Made by a program: the position numbers and the translations under genes | Shown: positions 18,578 to 28,191 of the stretch, piece after piece | How positions within the stretch are numbered: position 1 is the stretch's first letter | Layout: the number at the start of each line of letters is the position of its first letter | The notes under the pieces: generated by a model | Told to the model about the DNA's origin: nothing | Seen by the model: the letters and a program-made list of their open reading frames with translations, nothing else | The model's database searches: none | Assembly: GCA_000991415.1 (NCBI GenBank) | Contig: LBRM01000004.1 | Coordinates: forward strand, 1,398-65,397 | Length of the DNA: 64,000 nucleotides | Source: Candidatus Nomurabacteria bacterium GW2011_GWA1_36_15 | GTDB taxonomy: Bacteria; Patescibacteriota; Minisyncoccia; Phycocordibacterales; UBA9973 | Direction of reading: 5' to 3'

Positions 18578-18696
18578 ATTTTTTTTTATTTGCCTTTTTT
18601 GTAAGTTATGTTAGACTGTCCTTACCTGTCCCATACTAAATTTTTGATTACGGGGCATAAAGGTAAAAGATTATTAGTTAAAATTTTGGTATTGGG

Positions 18697-19005
18697 ATGT
18701 TAAAAATAAGATTACAAAGAATTGGTAGAAAGAATGACCCATCATTTCGGGCGGTTTTGACTGACTCAAAAAATAGCACCAAAAGCGGAAAATTTTTGGA
18801 AATAGTCGGCACTTATAATCCAAAAGCGGGAGAGACTAATTTCAAAGTTGATCGAATAAAATATTGGGTGTCAAAAGGAGCACAACTCTCCGACACCATG
18901 CATAATTTTATGGTACATCAGAAAGCAGTAGAGGGTAAAAAAAGAAATGTGTTACCAAAAAAGAAACCGACCCAGAAAAGAAAGGAATTGAAAACAAAGA
19001 AATAG
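18697..19005 (+). CDS. rpsP: 30S ribosomal protein S16
   Basis: MLKIRLQRIGRKNDPSFRAV...GTYNP conserved S16 N-terminus. Confidence 0.9.
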   Translation: MLKIRLQRIGRKNDPSFRAVLTDSKNSTKSGKFLEIVGTYNPKAGETNFKVDRIKYWVSKGAQLSDTMHNFMVHQKAVEGKKRNVLPKKKPTQKRKELKTKK

Positions 19006-19103
19006 TTGTATATACTTATAGCAAGCAGTGGTAATAATTATTTTGGTCGTAACACTGCTCGTATAATTATTAAAGATTAAAAATAAAATATTTCTGAACA
19101 CAT

Positions 19104-19439
19104 ATGCAAGATGCAGACAAGATATTTCTGGAATATGTAGTAAAAGCTTTAGTTGACAATCCGAACGATGTAAAAATCGATCGTACTGTTGATGAGATGG
19201 GTGTGCTCATTAGTCTTACTGTGAATCCTGCCGATATGGGCAAGATTATCGGAAGGATGGGGAACACAGCCAAAGCTATTCGTACCCTATTGCGAATCAT
19301 AGGTATGAAGAATAATGCTCGAGTGAATTTAAAGATCAATGAGCCAGAAGGTGGAATGAGGCCTGAAGCAAGACCTGCAAATGGAGGAATGGCAACAAAA
19401 ACTGTAGATCAAGCAATGGAAGATTTGAAAGGGATTTAG
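19104..19439 (+). CDS. KH-domain RNA-binding protein (UPF0109/YlqC-like)
   Basis: KH fold GKIIGRMGNTAKAIRTLLRI; conserved rpsP-KH-trmD gene order. Confidence 0.75.
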   Translation: MQDADKIFLEYVVKALVDNPNDVKIDRTVDEMGVLISLTVNPADMGKIIGRMGNTAKAIRTLLRIIGMKNNARVNLKINEPEGGMRPEARPANGGMATKTVDQAMEDLKGI

Positions 19440-19450
19440 TTTTTCTAAAA

Positions 19451-19482
19451 AGAGCCCCGATTTGAATCGGGGCTCTTTTTTA
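19451..19482 (+). terminator. rho-independent terminator
   Basis: agagccccgat-ttgaa-tcggggctct followed by TTTTTT. Confidence 0.8.
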
Positions 19483-19496
19483 TGTATTATTAACTT

Positions 19497-20153
19497 ATGC
19501 GATTTTTTATCATTACAATTTTCCCAGATATTTTCAGCTCATATTTAAATAAGTCTATTATTGGACGAGCCATAAAAAGTAAGCTTATTTCAGTGAAATT
19601 TTATAATCCCAGAGATTTTATAAAAGGAAGTAAAAGCAATTATAAACCAGTAGATGATAAGCCATACGGTGGGGGTCCTGGAATGGTAATGCGAGCCGAG
19701 CCACTACTGAAAGCAGTGGCGAAGGTCCTGAGCTTGTCGAAGGGCAAGAACAAAAAAATTCTCGTAATTAATTTTATTCCAAGCGCCGAAAAACTTACCA
19801 CTGCATTTGCCAAAAAAATTTCTAAAAGATATACAGATATTATTTTGATTTGTGGAAGATATGAGGGTATAGATGCGCGGGTAGATAAAATTTTGAAAAC
19901 CAAAAAACTTTCAGTAGGGAACTATGTCTTAACTGGTGGCGAAATTCCGGCTATGGTTTTGATAGATTGTGTTTCTCGTCAAATTCCTGGAGTTTTGGGT
20001 AAATATGAATCTTTAGAAGAAGAACGAGTATCAACAAGCGAAGTTTACACTCGTCCGGAAAAATTAGTTTATAAAGGAAAAAGTTATAAAGTTCCAAAAG
20101 TTTTACTTTCCGGGAATCATAAAAAAATAGAGGAGTGGAAGAAGAAAAAATAA
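19497..20153 (+). CDS. trmD: tRNA (guanine37-N1)-methyltransferase
   Basis: SPOUT motifs PYGGGPGMVM, ICGRYEGIDARV, LTGGEIPAMVLIDCVSRQIPGVLG. Confidence 0.92.
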   Translation: MRFFIITIFPDIFSSYLNKSIIGRAIKSKLISVKFYNPRDFIKGSKSNYKPVDDKPYGGGPGMVMRAEPLLKAVAKVLSLSKGKNKKILVINFIPSAEKLTTAFAKKISKRYTDIILICGRYEGIDARVDKILKTKKLSVGNYVLTGGEIPAMVLIDCVSRQIPGVLGKYESLEEERVSTSEVYTRPEKLVYKGKSYKVPKVLLSGNHKKIEEWKKKK

Positions 20154-20274
20154 TTCCCAGGTAAATTTGACAAAAAATCGAATATGAGTATACTAGGAAG
20201 TAAGAGATTGATTGAGTTTCGGATGTATCTCCGTTTGTATTAATAGAGCTTAATCATAAATATCTAAATAATTT

Positions 20275-20412
20275 TTAGAAAAATAAGGAATGCAATAACT
20301 ATATTTTTCTTAACCCTGTTAAATGAAATCTATCGGGTTTCAACTTTTGCTAAGCAAAAGTTATTTAACAGGGTGGCATTTTTATAGTCGTTTTACTCCT
20401 TAAAAATTAGCC
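20275..20412 (+). promoter_or_regulatory. repeated promoter + 5' hairpin + leader module, copy B (upstream of rpoB)
   Basis: TTAGAAAA-19nt-TATATT, hairpin ccctgttaaat...atttaacaggg enclosing cttttgc-taa-gcaaaag, then tail gcatttttatagtcgttttactccttaaaaattagccATG. Confidence 0.6.
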
Positions 20413-23400
20413 ATGCAAACAGAAAAACGTCCGAAAAAATATTTTTCAAGGTATAAAAACCCGCTAATAGAATTTCCGAATTTAATAGAAGCTCAAACTA
20501 AATCCTATAAATGGCTGGTAGAAGAGGGTTTAAAAGAAGTTTTTAAAGAATTTTCTCCAATCATAGATTACTCTGGGAAAAAATTTGAACTTGAATTTAC
20601 CTCCTTTTCTCTGAGCGAACCGAACTGCGAAGAAAATGACGCTAAAATAAATAAACTATCGTATCAAGGGCTCCTTAAAACTCGGGTAAAATTAACGAAC
20701 AAAATATTAGGTACGGTTAAAGAACAGGAGATTTTTATGTCAGAAATTCCCTTAATGACCCCGCACGGAACTTTCATTATAAATGGGGTGGAACGTGTTA
20801 TTGTTCCTCAGCTGGCACGTTCTTTCGGAGTTTTCTTTACTGAGTCAGAAAGTAAAGGTTATATAAGAATAGACAAAAAAAGAAAATTTCCTGCCACAGC
20901 CCTATTGCGTGTTCTGGGTTATAACACCAATGAAACGATATTAAAAGCATTTGAGAAAACTCCTAATTGCAAAGAAGTAATTGAAGCTTGTTTAGCGAAG
21001 GATGTCGCTAAAACATTAAGTGATTCATATATTGAAATATATAAACGTTTAAGAGATGGAGACATGGCTACACCTGAAAATGCTAAAGAGTTCATCAATT
21101 CTTTGTTTACTCCCGAAAGATATGATCTTTCTCCGGTTGGACGATATAGATTCAATAAACGTTTCGATAAGTCATTAGAGGAAAAAGAACTTGTACGCCG
21201 AACTATCTCTAAAGAAGATTTGATGACAGTAATTGCGAATATTATTGTCTTGAACAATACTCTGGGCGCCAAATCTGATGACATAGACCATTTGGGGCAA
21301 AGACGTGTTCGATTTGTTGGAGAAATGCTTCAGCAAAAAGTACGCACAGGCATGATGCAGATTAAAAGAAATATTCAAGACAGAATGTCTATTATTGACG
21401 TTGATACTGCTATGCCTATTCACATTATTAACCAGCGTCCACTTCAAGCCCGCATCAAGGAATTTTTTACTACCAATCAACTTTCACAATTTATGGCGCA
21501 AGAAAATGTACTTTGCGAAATGGAGCACTTGCGTACTCTTTCAGCCCTTGGTCCTGGTGGTCTGACTCGTGAACGTGCAGGTCTCGAGGTGCGAGATGTA
21601 CATCCAAGTCACTATGGAAGAGTTTGTCCAATTCACACTCCGGAAGGCCCTAACATCGGACTTATTTTACATCTTTCTACTTATGCAAAAATTAATGATT
21701 TCGGAATTATTGAAACCCCGTATATAAAAGTAAAAAATGGAAAAATTACCAAGGAAATTCAATATTTAAATGCGCTTGAAGAAGAGAAGTACAATATTGC
21801 TCATGCAGGAATTCCTTATGATGAAAATGGGAAAATAACAGAAGAAAAAGTGGAAGCTAGAGTAAAAACTAATCCGGGTATGATTACTCGCAACCAAGTT
21901 GATTTTATTGATGTGGCAGCCAATCAGGGTTTTTCTGTAGCCACTTCTATGATTCCTTTCTTGGAACACAACGACGCCAATCGCGCCCTGATGGGATCTA
22001 ATATGCAGAAACAAGCTGTTCCTTGCGTGCTTCCCGAAGTACCTTTGGTGGCAACGGGCGTTGAAGCTTTGGCTTCTCGTGACTCTGGCAGAATGGTTCT
22101 TGCCTCAGAGGATGGGGTTGTTTCTTATTTAGATGCAAAAAAAATAATAGTAAAAGGAAAGACAGAAAAAATATATTCTCTTGTTAATTTTTTGAGAAAT
22201 AATAATTTTTCTGCATTTCATCAACGCCCGGCGGTAAATATCGGTCAAAAGGTGAAAAAAGGTGATGTATTAGCCGATACAACAAGCACCGTAGATGGAC
22301 AAATCTCAATTGGTCAGAATGTTTTTATCGCTTTCTTGTCTTGGTCTGGATTAAACTATGAAGATGCTGTCATTATTTCCGAACGGCTGGTAAAGAAAAG
22401 TAAATTTACCAGCGTGTATGTTGAAGAATTTGTCTGCACGGTTCGTGATACCAAACTTGGACCTGAAATTACTACTCGGGACATACCTAATGTCGGAGAA
22501 TTAAAACTTAAAGACTTGGATGAGGACGGCATTGTTCGTATTGGAGCCGAAGTCAGAGAAAATGATATTTTAATCGGTAAAATTACACCTAAAGGTGAGA
22601 CTGAACTTACCCCGGAAGAACGATTATTACGTTCAATTTTTGCTGAAAAAGCGCGTGATGTTAAGGACACCTCCCTTCGTATGGAGCATGGAAAACGCGG
22701 ACGTATTATCGGCATTAAAATTTTCTCCCGTGACTTGGGTCATACTCTTGAGGCAGGGATCATCAAGAAAATTGTTATTGAGGTTGCTCAAATTAGAAAT
22801 ATTTCAGTTGGAGATAAACTTTCTGGACGACATGGAAACAAGGGAGTTATTTCTAGAATCCTTCCGGAGGAAGATATGCCTTACACAGCAGAAGGCATAC
22901 CAGTTGATATAATACTTTCACCCCTGGGTGTTCCTTCTCGTATGAATTTAGGACAAATTTTAGAAATGCATCTTGGCATGGCAGCTAATGCTCTAGGTTA
23001 TCAAGCCGTTGTTCCTCCATTTCTAGGAGCAAAACGCGAAGAAATAAAAGAGGAGTTGAAAAAAGCCGGGCTTCCAGAAAATGGCAAATTAAAACTTTTT
23101 GATGGGCGTACCGGGGAAAGTTTTGATCAGGATGTGGCTGTCGGCTATATGTATATGTTGAAATTGCATCACATGGTGGAAGATAAAATTCATATGCGAT
23201 CTATTGGACCTTATTCTCTTATTACTCAACAGCCTTTAGGGGGAAAAGCTCAAGGTGGAGGACAAAGATTTGGAGAAATGGAAGTTTGGGCCTTGGAAGG
23301 ATATGGGGCAGCCTATACATTGCGAGAAATGCTTACCATCAAGTCCGATGATATTTTGGGTCGTTCTCAGACATTTGATTCTATTATAAAAAATGAAATC

Positions 23401-23499
23401 ATTAAACCGCCAAATTCTCCTGCCTCATTTAATGTTTTGCTTAATTATCTACGAGGACTTGCGCTTGATGTTAACTTGAAAAAATATGAAAACTCTTAA
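20413..23499 (+). CDS. rpoB: DNA-directed RNA polymerase subunit beta
   Basis: 1028 aa; conserved regions incl. GPGGLTRERAGLEVRDVHPSHYGRVCPIHTPEGPNIGL, NMQKQAVP, GRHGNKGV, MVEDKIHMRSIGPYSLITQQPLGGKAQGGGQRFGEMEVWALEGYGAAYTLREML. Confidence 0.97.
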   Translation: MQTEKRPKKYFSRYKNPLIEFPNLIEAQTKSYKWLVEEGLKEVFKEFSPIIDYSGKKFELEFTSFSLSEPNCEENDAKINKLSYQGLLKTRVKLTNKILGTVKEQEIFMSEIPLMTPHGTFIINGVERVIVPQLARSFGVFFTESESKGYIRIDKKRKFPATALLRVLGYNTNETILKAFEKTPNCKEVIEACLAKDVAKTLSDSYIEIYKRLRDGDMATPENAKEFINSLFTPERYDLSPVGRYRFNKRFDKSLEEKELVRRTISKEDLMTVIANIIVLNNTLGAKSDDIDHLGQRRVRFVGEMLQQKVRTGMMQIKRNIQDRMSIIDVDTAMPIHIINQRPLQARIKEFFTTNQLSQFMAQENVLCEMEHLRTLSALGPGGLTRERAGLEVRDVHPSHYGRVCPIHTPEGPNIGLILHLSTYAKINDFGIIETPYIKVKNGKITKEIQYLNALEEEKYNIAHAGIPYDENGKITEEKVEARVKTNPGMITRNQVDFIDVAANQGFSVATSMIPFLEHNDANRALMGSNMQKQAVPCVLPEVPLVATGVEALASRDSGRMVLASEDGVVSYLDAKKIIVKGKTEKIYSLVNFLRNNNFSAFHQRPAVNIGQKVKKGDVLADTTSTVDGQISIGQNVFIAFLSWSGLNYEDAVIISERLVKKSKFTSVYVEEFVCTVRDTKLGPEITTRDIPNVGELKLKDLDEDGIVRIGAEVRENDILIGKITPKGETELTPEERLLRSIFAEKARDVKDTSLRMEHGKRGRIIGIKIFSRDLGHTLEAGIIKKIVIEVAQIRNISVGDKLSGRHGNKGVISRILPEEDMPYTAEGIPVDIILSPLGVPSRMNLGQILEMHLGMAANALGYQAVVPPFLGAKREEIKEELKKAGLPENGKLKLFDGRTGESFDQDVAVGYMYMLKLHHMVEDKIHMRSIGPYSLITQQPLGGKAQGGGQRFGEMEVWALEGYGAAYTLREMLTIKSDDILGRSQTFDSIIKNEIIKPPNSPASFNVLLNYLRGLALDVNLKKYENS

Positions 23500-26400
23500 T
23501 AAAACTGATTTTGATTATATTTCGCTCAAACTTGCATCTCCCGAGCAGATAAAAGACTGGTCTTATGGAGAAGTCACTAAACCGGAAACCATAAATTATC
23601 GTACAGGTAGATCTGAACGAGGAGGTCTTTTTGATGAAAAAATATTCGGACCGGAAAAAGATTATGAATGCTATTGTGGAAAATATCGTCGCATTCGCTA
23701 CAAGGATATTATTTGTGAGAAATGCGGAGTGGAAGTAACTCGTTCTATTGTTAGGCGTGAAAGAATGGGGCATATTGAGTTATCAACACCCGTTGCTCAC
23801 ATTTGGTTTTTGCGGGGAGTGCCTTCTCGCATGAGCATCCTTCTGAATATTTCAGTATCCGATCTTGAGAAAGTGATATATTTTGCCGGATATATTATTA
23901 CCAAAGTGCATGAAGATGAAAAAGAAAAAATAATTAGTAATTTAGAAAAAGAATATAAAGCTAAATTAAAAAATGCGACTGATGATGACACGCGTAAAAG
24001 ATTAAAAGATTTATTTTCTAATACTAAAAAAGAAATTTTAGAAATTTATGAAGGGAAAGTTTTAAATGAAATTTCTTTTCATCATTATTCTTTGAAATAC
24101 GGTATTTGTTTTGAAGCAAATATAGGAGCTGAAGCTATTTATTCTATTTTCAAAAATCTTGATTTGAATAAATTAAAAATTCACACCGAGAAAATGATTG
24201 AAAAGGCAAGTATCATAGAAAAAGAAAAATTACAGAAAAGACTCTCACTCATTCGTGCTATGACTTATGCCGGTATTCGTCCAGAATGGATGTTTTTGAC
24301 TGTTATTCCGGTTATTCCTCCAGTTTTGCGTCCAATGGTTGCCTTAGACGGGGGACGCCATGCAACGTCGGATTTGAATGACCTTTATCGTCGAGTAATA
24401 AATCGCAATAATCGCTTGAAAAAATTGAAAGAAATAAATGCACCAGATGTAATCTTGCGAAACGAAAAAAGAATTATTCAAGAAGCAGTGGATGCGCTTA
24501 TAGATAATTCAATTGCCAAACAAAATGACAGTGCTGCCATGAGTCAATCTCAAAAACGTCCTTTGAAATCTTTATCTGATAATCTAAAATCCAAACAAGG
24601 TTTGTTTCGTCAGAATTTGCTCGGTAAGCGCGTAGATTATTCAGGTCGTTCGGTTATCGTGGTTGGTCCGGAACTCAGACTTAATCAATGCGGATTGCCG
24701 AAACATATGGCTCTTGAACTTTTTAGGCCGTTTGTCATTTCTAAAATTTTACAAGCTGAATTGGCATTTAATATTCGTGGGGCCAATAAACTCATAGAAG
24801 AACGCACTCCGGAAGTCTGGGCGATGTTAGAAGAAGTAATTCAAGGAAAATATGTTCTCTTAAACCGCGCCCCCACTCTTCATCGTCTGGGTATTCAGGC
24901 TTTTAATCCGATTCTGATTGAAGGAAATGCTATTCAAGTGCATCCGCTTGTTTGTCAGGCTTTTAACGCTGACTTCGACGGAGACCAAATGGCGGTGTAT
25001 GTTCCTCTTTTAGAAGAGGCTCAATGGGAAGCCAAAGAATTAATGGCTGCTAATAAAAATCTTCTTAAACCTCAAAACGGCGACCCGATAGTGCATCCCA
25101 GCAAGGATATAGTACTTGGATCTTACTGGATGACTAAATCCGTTGACGGTGAACTTGGTGAGGGTAAATATTTTTCCAGCCCTAATACCGCCATCACTGC
25201 TTATGAATATGGAGTTGTTTCTCTTAGAGCCAAGATAAAAGTTCTGGCAACGAACAATCGTAAATACCTTAAATTTAATGAAGGATTTTTTGATACTTCC
25301 GTTGGCAAACTTCTTTTTAACAGCATTTTACCGAGTGATTTTTCTTATGTCAGTGATGAAATGACCCAAAAGAGATTATCTTCTCTTGTTGATGAGCTTA
25401 TTATACACTATGGGGTGGACGATACTCCTCCTATCTTGGACAAGATAAAAAGTTTCGGTTTCAAATATTCCACATTCTCCGGCACCACTTGGGGATTAGA
25501 TAATGTTAAAGTGCCTTCTGAAAAAGCAAAAATTGTTGAAGAGGGGAGGAAATTGGAAGAGAAAACAATCTCAGAGTGGAAAGAAGGCCTTCTTTCCGAA
25601 GAAGAAAGATATCAAAAAATTATCGAAATTTGGACTTATACTAAAAAAGAATTGGAAAAAGTTCTTCCCAAGACCCTTGATAAAAATGGTTCTACTTACG
25701 ATTTGTTTATGTCCGGAGCCAGGGGCACTATGACCTCTTTAATCCAAATGGCGGGAATGAAAGGCCTTATTCAGAACAACCAGGGTAAAACATTGGAATT
25801 TCCTATCATTCCTAGTTATCAAGAAGGACTTTCTCCCATTGAATATTTCGTCACTACTCACGGCGCTCGTAAGGGGGCCTCAGATACCGCCTTAAATACT
25901 GCTAAAGCCGGATATTTAACCCGCAGACTGGTTGATGTTGCGCAGGATGTAGTTATTACTGAAAAAGATTGCGGAACAAAAGAAGGAAAAGTAGTAAGTC
26001 GAGAAAATATCTCCGGAATTGAAATTCCTCTCTCAAAAAATATCAGCGGACGTGTATTGGCGGGCGACCTTAAAGACAAAGACGGCAAAGTAATTTATAA
26101 GAAAAAGTTTTTAATTACTAAAGAAGAGGCACATAAAATTGAAGGAGCAGGTTTTGAGGAAGTGTTTGTTCGTTCTCCACTTACTTGTCGTACCACTCAC
26201 GGGCTTTGCCAGATGTGTTATGGATTGGATTTGGGACGAAATCGTCTTGTTGACTTGGGAGAAGCGGTTGGTATTATCGCCGCTCAAGCCATAGGAGAAC
26301 CGGGTACTCAGCTCACCTTGCGCACCTTTCATGCCGGAGGAGTGGCTGGCACAGACATCACTACAGGATTGCCTCGTATTGAAGAAATTTTTGAAAGACG

Positions 26401-27091
26401 CATTCCCAAAAATCCAGCTATCATTTCTGAAACTGATGGGGAAGTTTTTGAAATAAAAGATAAAGATGCGAAAGAAAAAATAATTAAGGTACTTTCTGAC
26501 GTCAAAAATGGCAAATCTAATGAAATAGAATACACTGTACCATTCCGCAGGATGCCGATAGTAAAAGTAGGCCAGAGAGTAAAGAAAGGCGAGCTTCTAA
26601 CTGACGGGTCTGCGGATATTACTGAAATATTTAAATTCGGGACTAAAGAATTAGTTGAAGAATATATCATTCGAGAAATAAACAAAGTTTACGAATTGCA
26701 AAGCGCCTCGATTTCCAGAAAACATACTGAAATAATTATTCGCCAAATGTTTTCACGCAAAAAAATAAAAGATGCCGGCGAAACTAATTTCTCTATTGGT
26801 GATATTGTTGAAAATACAGCCTTTATTGAAGAAAATGAAAGAGTAGCTAAATTAAAACAAGAGGAAGCCAGAGCGGAAACAATCGTTCTTGGTATTACGG
26901 AAGTATCTCTTCGCACTAAGAGTTGGCTCTCTGCCGCCTCTTTCCAAAATACCAATCGGGTGCTCATCGAGAATGCAGTAAAAGGCGGAGTTGACTCTCT
27001 AAGAGGTTTGAAGGAAAATGTCATTATTGGACGATTAATTCCAGCCGGTACTGGATTTAAGAGCAAAGTTTCTTTACCAGAAGAGGAATAA
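23486..27091 (+). CDS. rpoC: DNA-directed RNA polymerase subunit beta'
   Basis: 1201 aa; zinc-binding CYCGKYRRIRYKDIICEKCGVEV, NADFDGDQM catalytic motif, conserved C-terminal G-loop regions. Confidence 0.97.
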   Translation: MKTLNKTDFDYISLKLASPEQIKDWSYGEVTKPETINYRTGRSERGGLFDEKIFGPEKDYECYCGKYRRIRYKDIICEKCGVEVTRSIVRRERMGHIELSTPVAHIWFLRGVPSRMSILLNISVSDLEKVIYFAGYIITKVHEDEKEKIISNLEKEYKAKLKNATDDDTRKRLKDLFSNTKKEILEIYEGKVLNEISFHHYSLKYGICFEANIGAEAIYSIFKNLDLNKLKIHTEKMIEKASIIEKEKLQKRLSLIRAMTYAGIRPEWMFLTVIPVIPPVLRPMVALDGGRHATSDLNDLYRRVINRNNRLKKLKEINAPDVILRNEKRIIQEAVDALIDNSIAKQNDSAAMSQSQKRPLKSLSDNLKSKQGLFRQNLLGKRVDYSGRSVIVVGPELRLNQCGLPKHMALELFRPFVISKILQAELAFNIRGANKLIEERTPEVWAMLEEVIQGKYVLLNRAPTLHRLGIQAFNPILIEGNAIQVHPLVCQAFNADFDGDQMAVYVPLLEEAQWEAKELMAANKNLLKPQNGDPIVHPSKDIVLGSYWMTKSVDGELGEGKYFSSPNTAITAYEYGVVSLRAKIKVLATNNRKYLKFNEGFFDTSVGKLLFNSILPSDFSYVSDEMTQKRLSSLVDELIIHYGVDDTPPILDKIKSFGFKYSTFSGTTWGLDNVKVPSEKAKIVEEGRKLEEKTISEWKEGLLSEEERYQKIIEIWTYTKKELEKVLPKTLDKNGSTYDLFMSGARGTMTSLIQMAGMKGLIQNNQGKTLEFPIIPSYQEGLSPIEYFVTTHGARKGASDTALNTAKAGYLTRRLVDVAQDVVITEKDCGTKEGKVVSRENISGIEIPLSKNISGRVLAGDLKDKDGKVIYKKKFLITKEEAHKIEGAGFEEVFVRSPLTCRTTHGLCQMCYGLDLGRNRLVDLGEAVGIIAAQAIGEPGTQLTLRTFHAGGVAGTDITTGLPRIEEIFERRIPKNPAIISETDGEVFEIKDKDAKEKIIKVLSDVKNGKSNEIEYTVPFRRMPIVKVGQRVKKGELLTDGSADITEIFKFGTKELVEEYIIREINKVYELQSASISRKHTEIIIRQMFSRKKIKDAGETNFSIGDIVENTAFIEENERVAKLKQEEARAETIVLGITEVSLRTKSWLSAASFQNTNRVLIENAVKGGVDSLRGLKENVIIGRLIPAGTGFKSKVSLPEEE

Positions 27092-27096
27092 AAAAT

Positions 27097-27483
27097 ATGG
27101 AAAAAGAATATGATAATTGGAATAAATTAAAAAAAGATTTATCAACCAAGGAATCAAAAATTTTCTTTCATGAAAGGGAAGTTTGGTACTGCTCTTTAGG
27201 TAAAAATATTGGTTACGAAGAAGACGGCAAAAATGAATTATTTGAAAGACCAATTCTTATCGTTAGAAAATTTAATAATGATATATTCCTAGCTATTCCA
27301 TTAACTAGTTCAAAAAAAGATAATAAATACTACCATCAATACGAATTCAGTGGAAAAACTTTTGCTGGTATCCTATCGCAAATAAGATTATTAGACAGTA
27401 GGAGGCTTTCTAGAAAAATTGGGATGATAAAAGAAAGTGATTTTAGTACTATAATTAAAAAGATTCACAATGTTCTTCCATAA
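27097..27483 (+). CDS. mazF: PemK/MazF-family endoribonuclease toxin (orphan; no adjacent small antitoxin ORF)
   Basis: 128 aa; EREVWYCSLGKNIGYEEDGKNELFERPILIVRKFNNDIFLAIPLTS and GILSQIRLLDSRRLSRKIGMIKESDF align with EndoA/MazF core (GDVY..L.P..GSEQ.G.RPVLVI...TS...QIRTIDKQRL..KI..L); starts 5 bp after rpoC stop. Confidence 0.75.
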   Translation: MEKEYDNWNKLKKDLSTKESKIFFHEREVWYCSLGKNIGYEEDGKNELFERPILIVRKFNNDIFLAIPLTSSKKDNKYYHQYEFSGKTFAGILSQIRLLDSRRLSRKIGMIKESDFSTIIKKIHNVLP

Positions 27484-27488
27484 AAGAC

Positions 27489-27515
27489 GAAACCCCCTTG
27501 CGGGGGTTTCTCGGA
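27489..27515 (+). terminator. hairpin / probable terminator
   Basis: gaaaccccc-ttgc-gggggtttc 9-bp GC-rich stem; weak U-tract. Confidence 0.45.
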
Positions 27516-27558
27516 GGCCGAAGCCATTTACCACTAGAGTATAGCAAATGTAAAATAT

Positions 27559-28191
27559 ATGTCAAATGAAGAAGTGGAAAATATAAATCCCTTTAAAAAA
27601 GTAGAAAATTCTTTAACCAAAGAGCAATTTTTAAATATAGATGAGGTATTTAAGGATAATCTCGAAATAGCTAATATATTTAATGCAAACAAAGAATTAT
27701 TTCAGAAATATCTTGATAGTATTTTTCCAGATAGTAAGGTTAAGGAAATTGTCTGGCATGGAACAAATTCAAAATTTGAAGAAGAAAAATTTGATAAATC
27801 AAGAATAGGTACATCTACTCAAAATATTACTAGTAAATTTGGATTTTATTTTGTTCCAGATAAAAAAGTCGCTGGAATTTTTACAAAAGGAAGTAAAATA
27901 GAAGCAGATAAGGGAATTATTCGACCCGAGAATTCAAAAATATATCCTGTACTTTTATTAATAAAAAATCCTGAAATAATAGAAGGAAAAATTTTTAGAG
28001 AATATGCTGAAAGAAATGAAATGCCACCTCTAAGACTAAATGGTGATTCTATTATAATTAATGCACAGACTAGTGATGCTAATGTTGAATTTTGTGTTAA
28101 AAACTATGTAGTATTTGAACCAGAACAAATTCATATTCTAGGTTCAGAGCAAGATATCTTACAAGCTAAAGAATGGTTAAAAAACAAATGA
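27559..28191 (+). CDS. putative ADP-ribosyltransferase-fold protein (PARP/Tpt1-like H-G-T ... Y ... E)
   Basis: 210 aa; EIVWHGTNSKFEEEKF resembles PARP LLWHGSRTTNF and KptA LYHGTASRFLDEIKK; FGFYFVPD resembles GIYFAD; C-terminal NYVVFEPEQIHILG resembles tankyrase/PARP NEYVIYRGEQ catalytic-Glu strand. Assignment by motif inspection only. Confidence 0.4.
   Translation: MSNEEVENINPFKKVENSLTKEQFLNIDEVFKDNLEIANIFNANKELFQKYLDSIFPDSKVKEIVWHGTNSKFEEEKFDKSRIGTSTQNITSKFGFYFVPDKKVAGIFTKGSKIEADKGIIRPENSKIYPVLLLIKNPEIIEGKIFREYAERNEMPPLRLNGDSIIINAQTSDANVEFCVKNYVVFEPEQIHILGSEQDILQAKEWLKNK

Noticed and set aside
20413-23499. Short rpoB (1028 aa) as possible truncation or pseudogene
   Set aside because: All conserved catalytic regions are present and in frame; consistent with lineage-specific loss of dispensable insertions rather than a defect.
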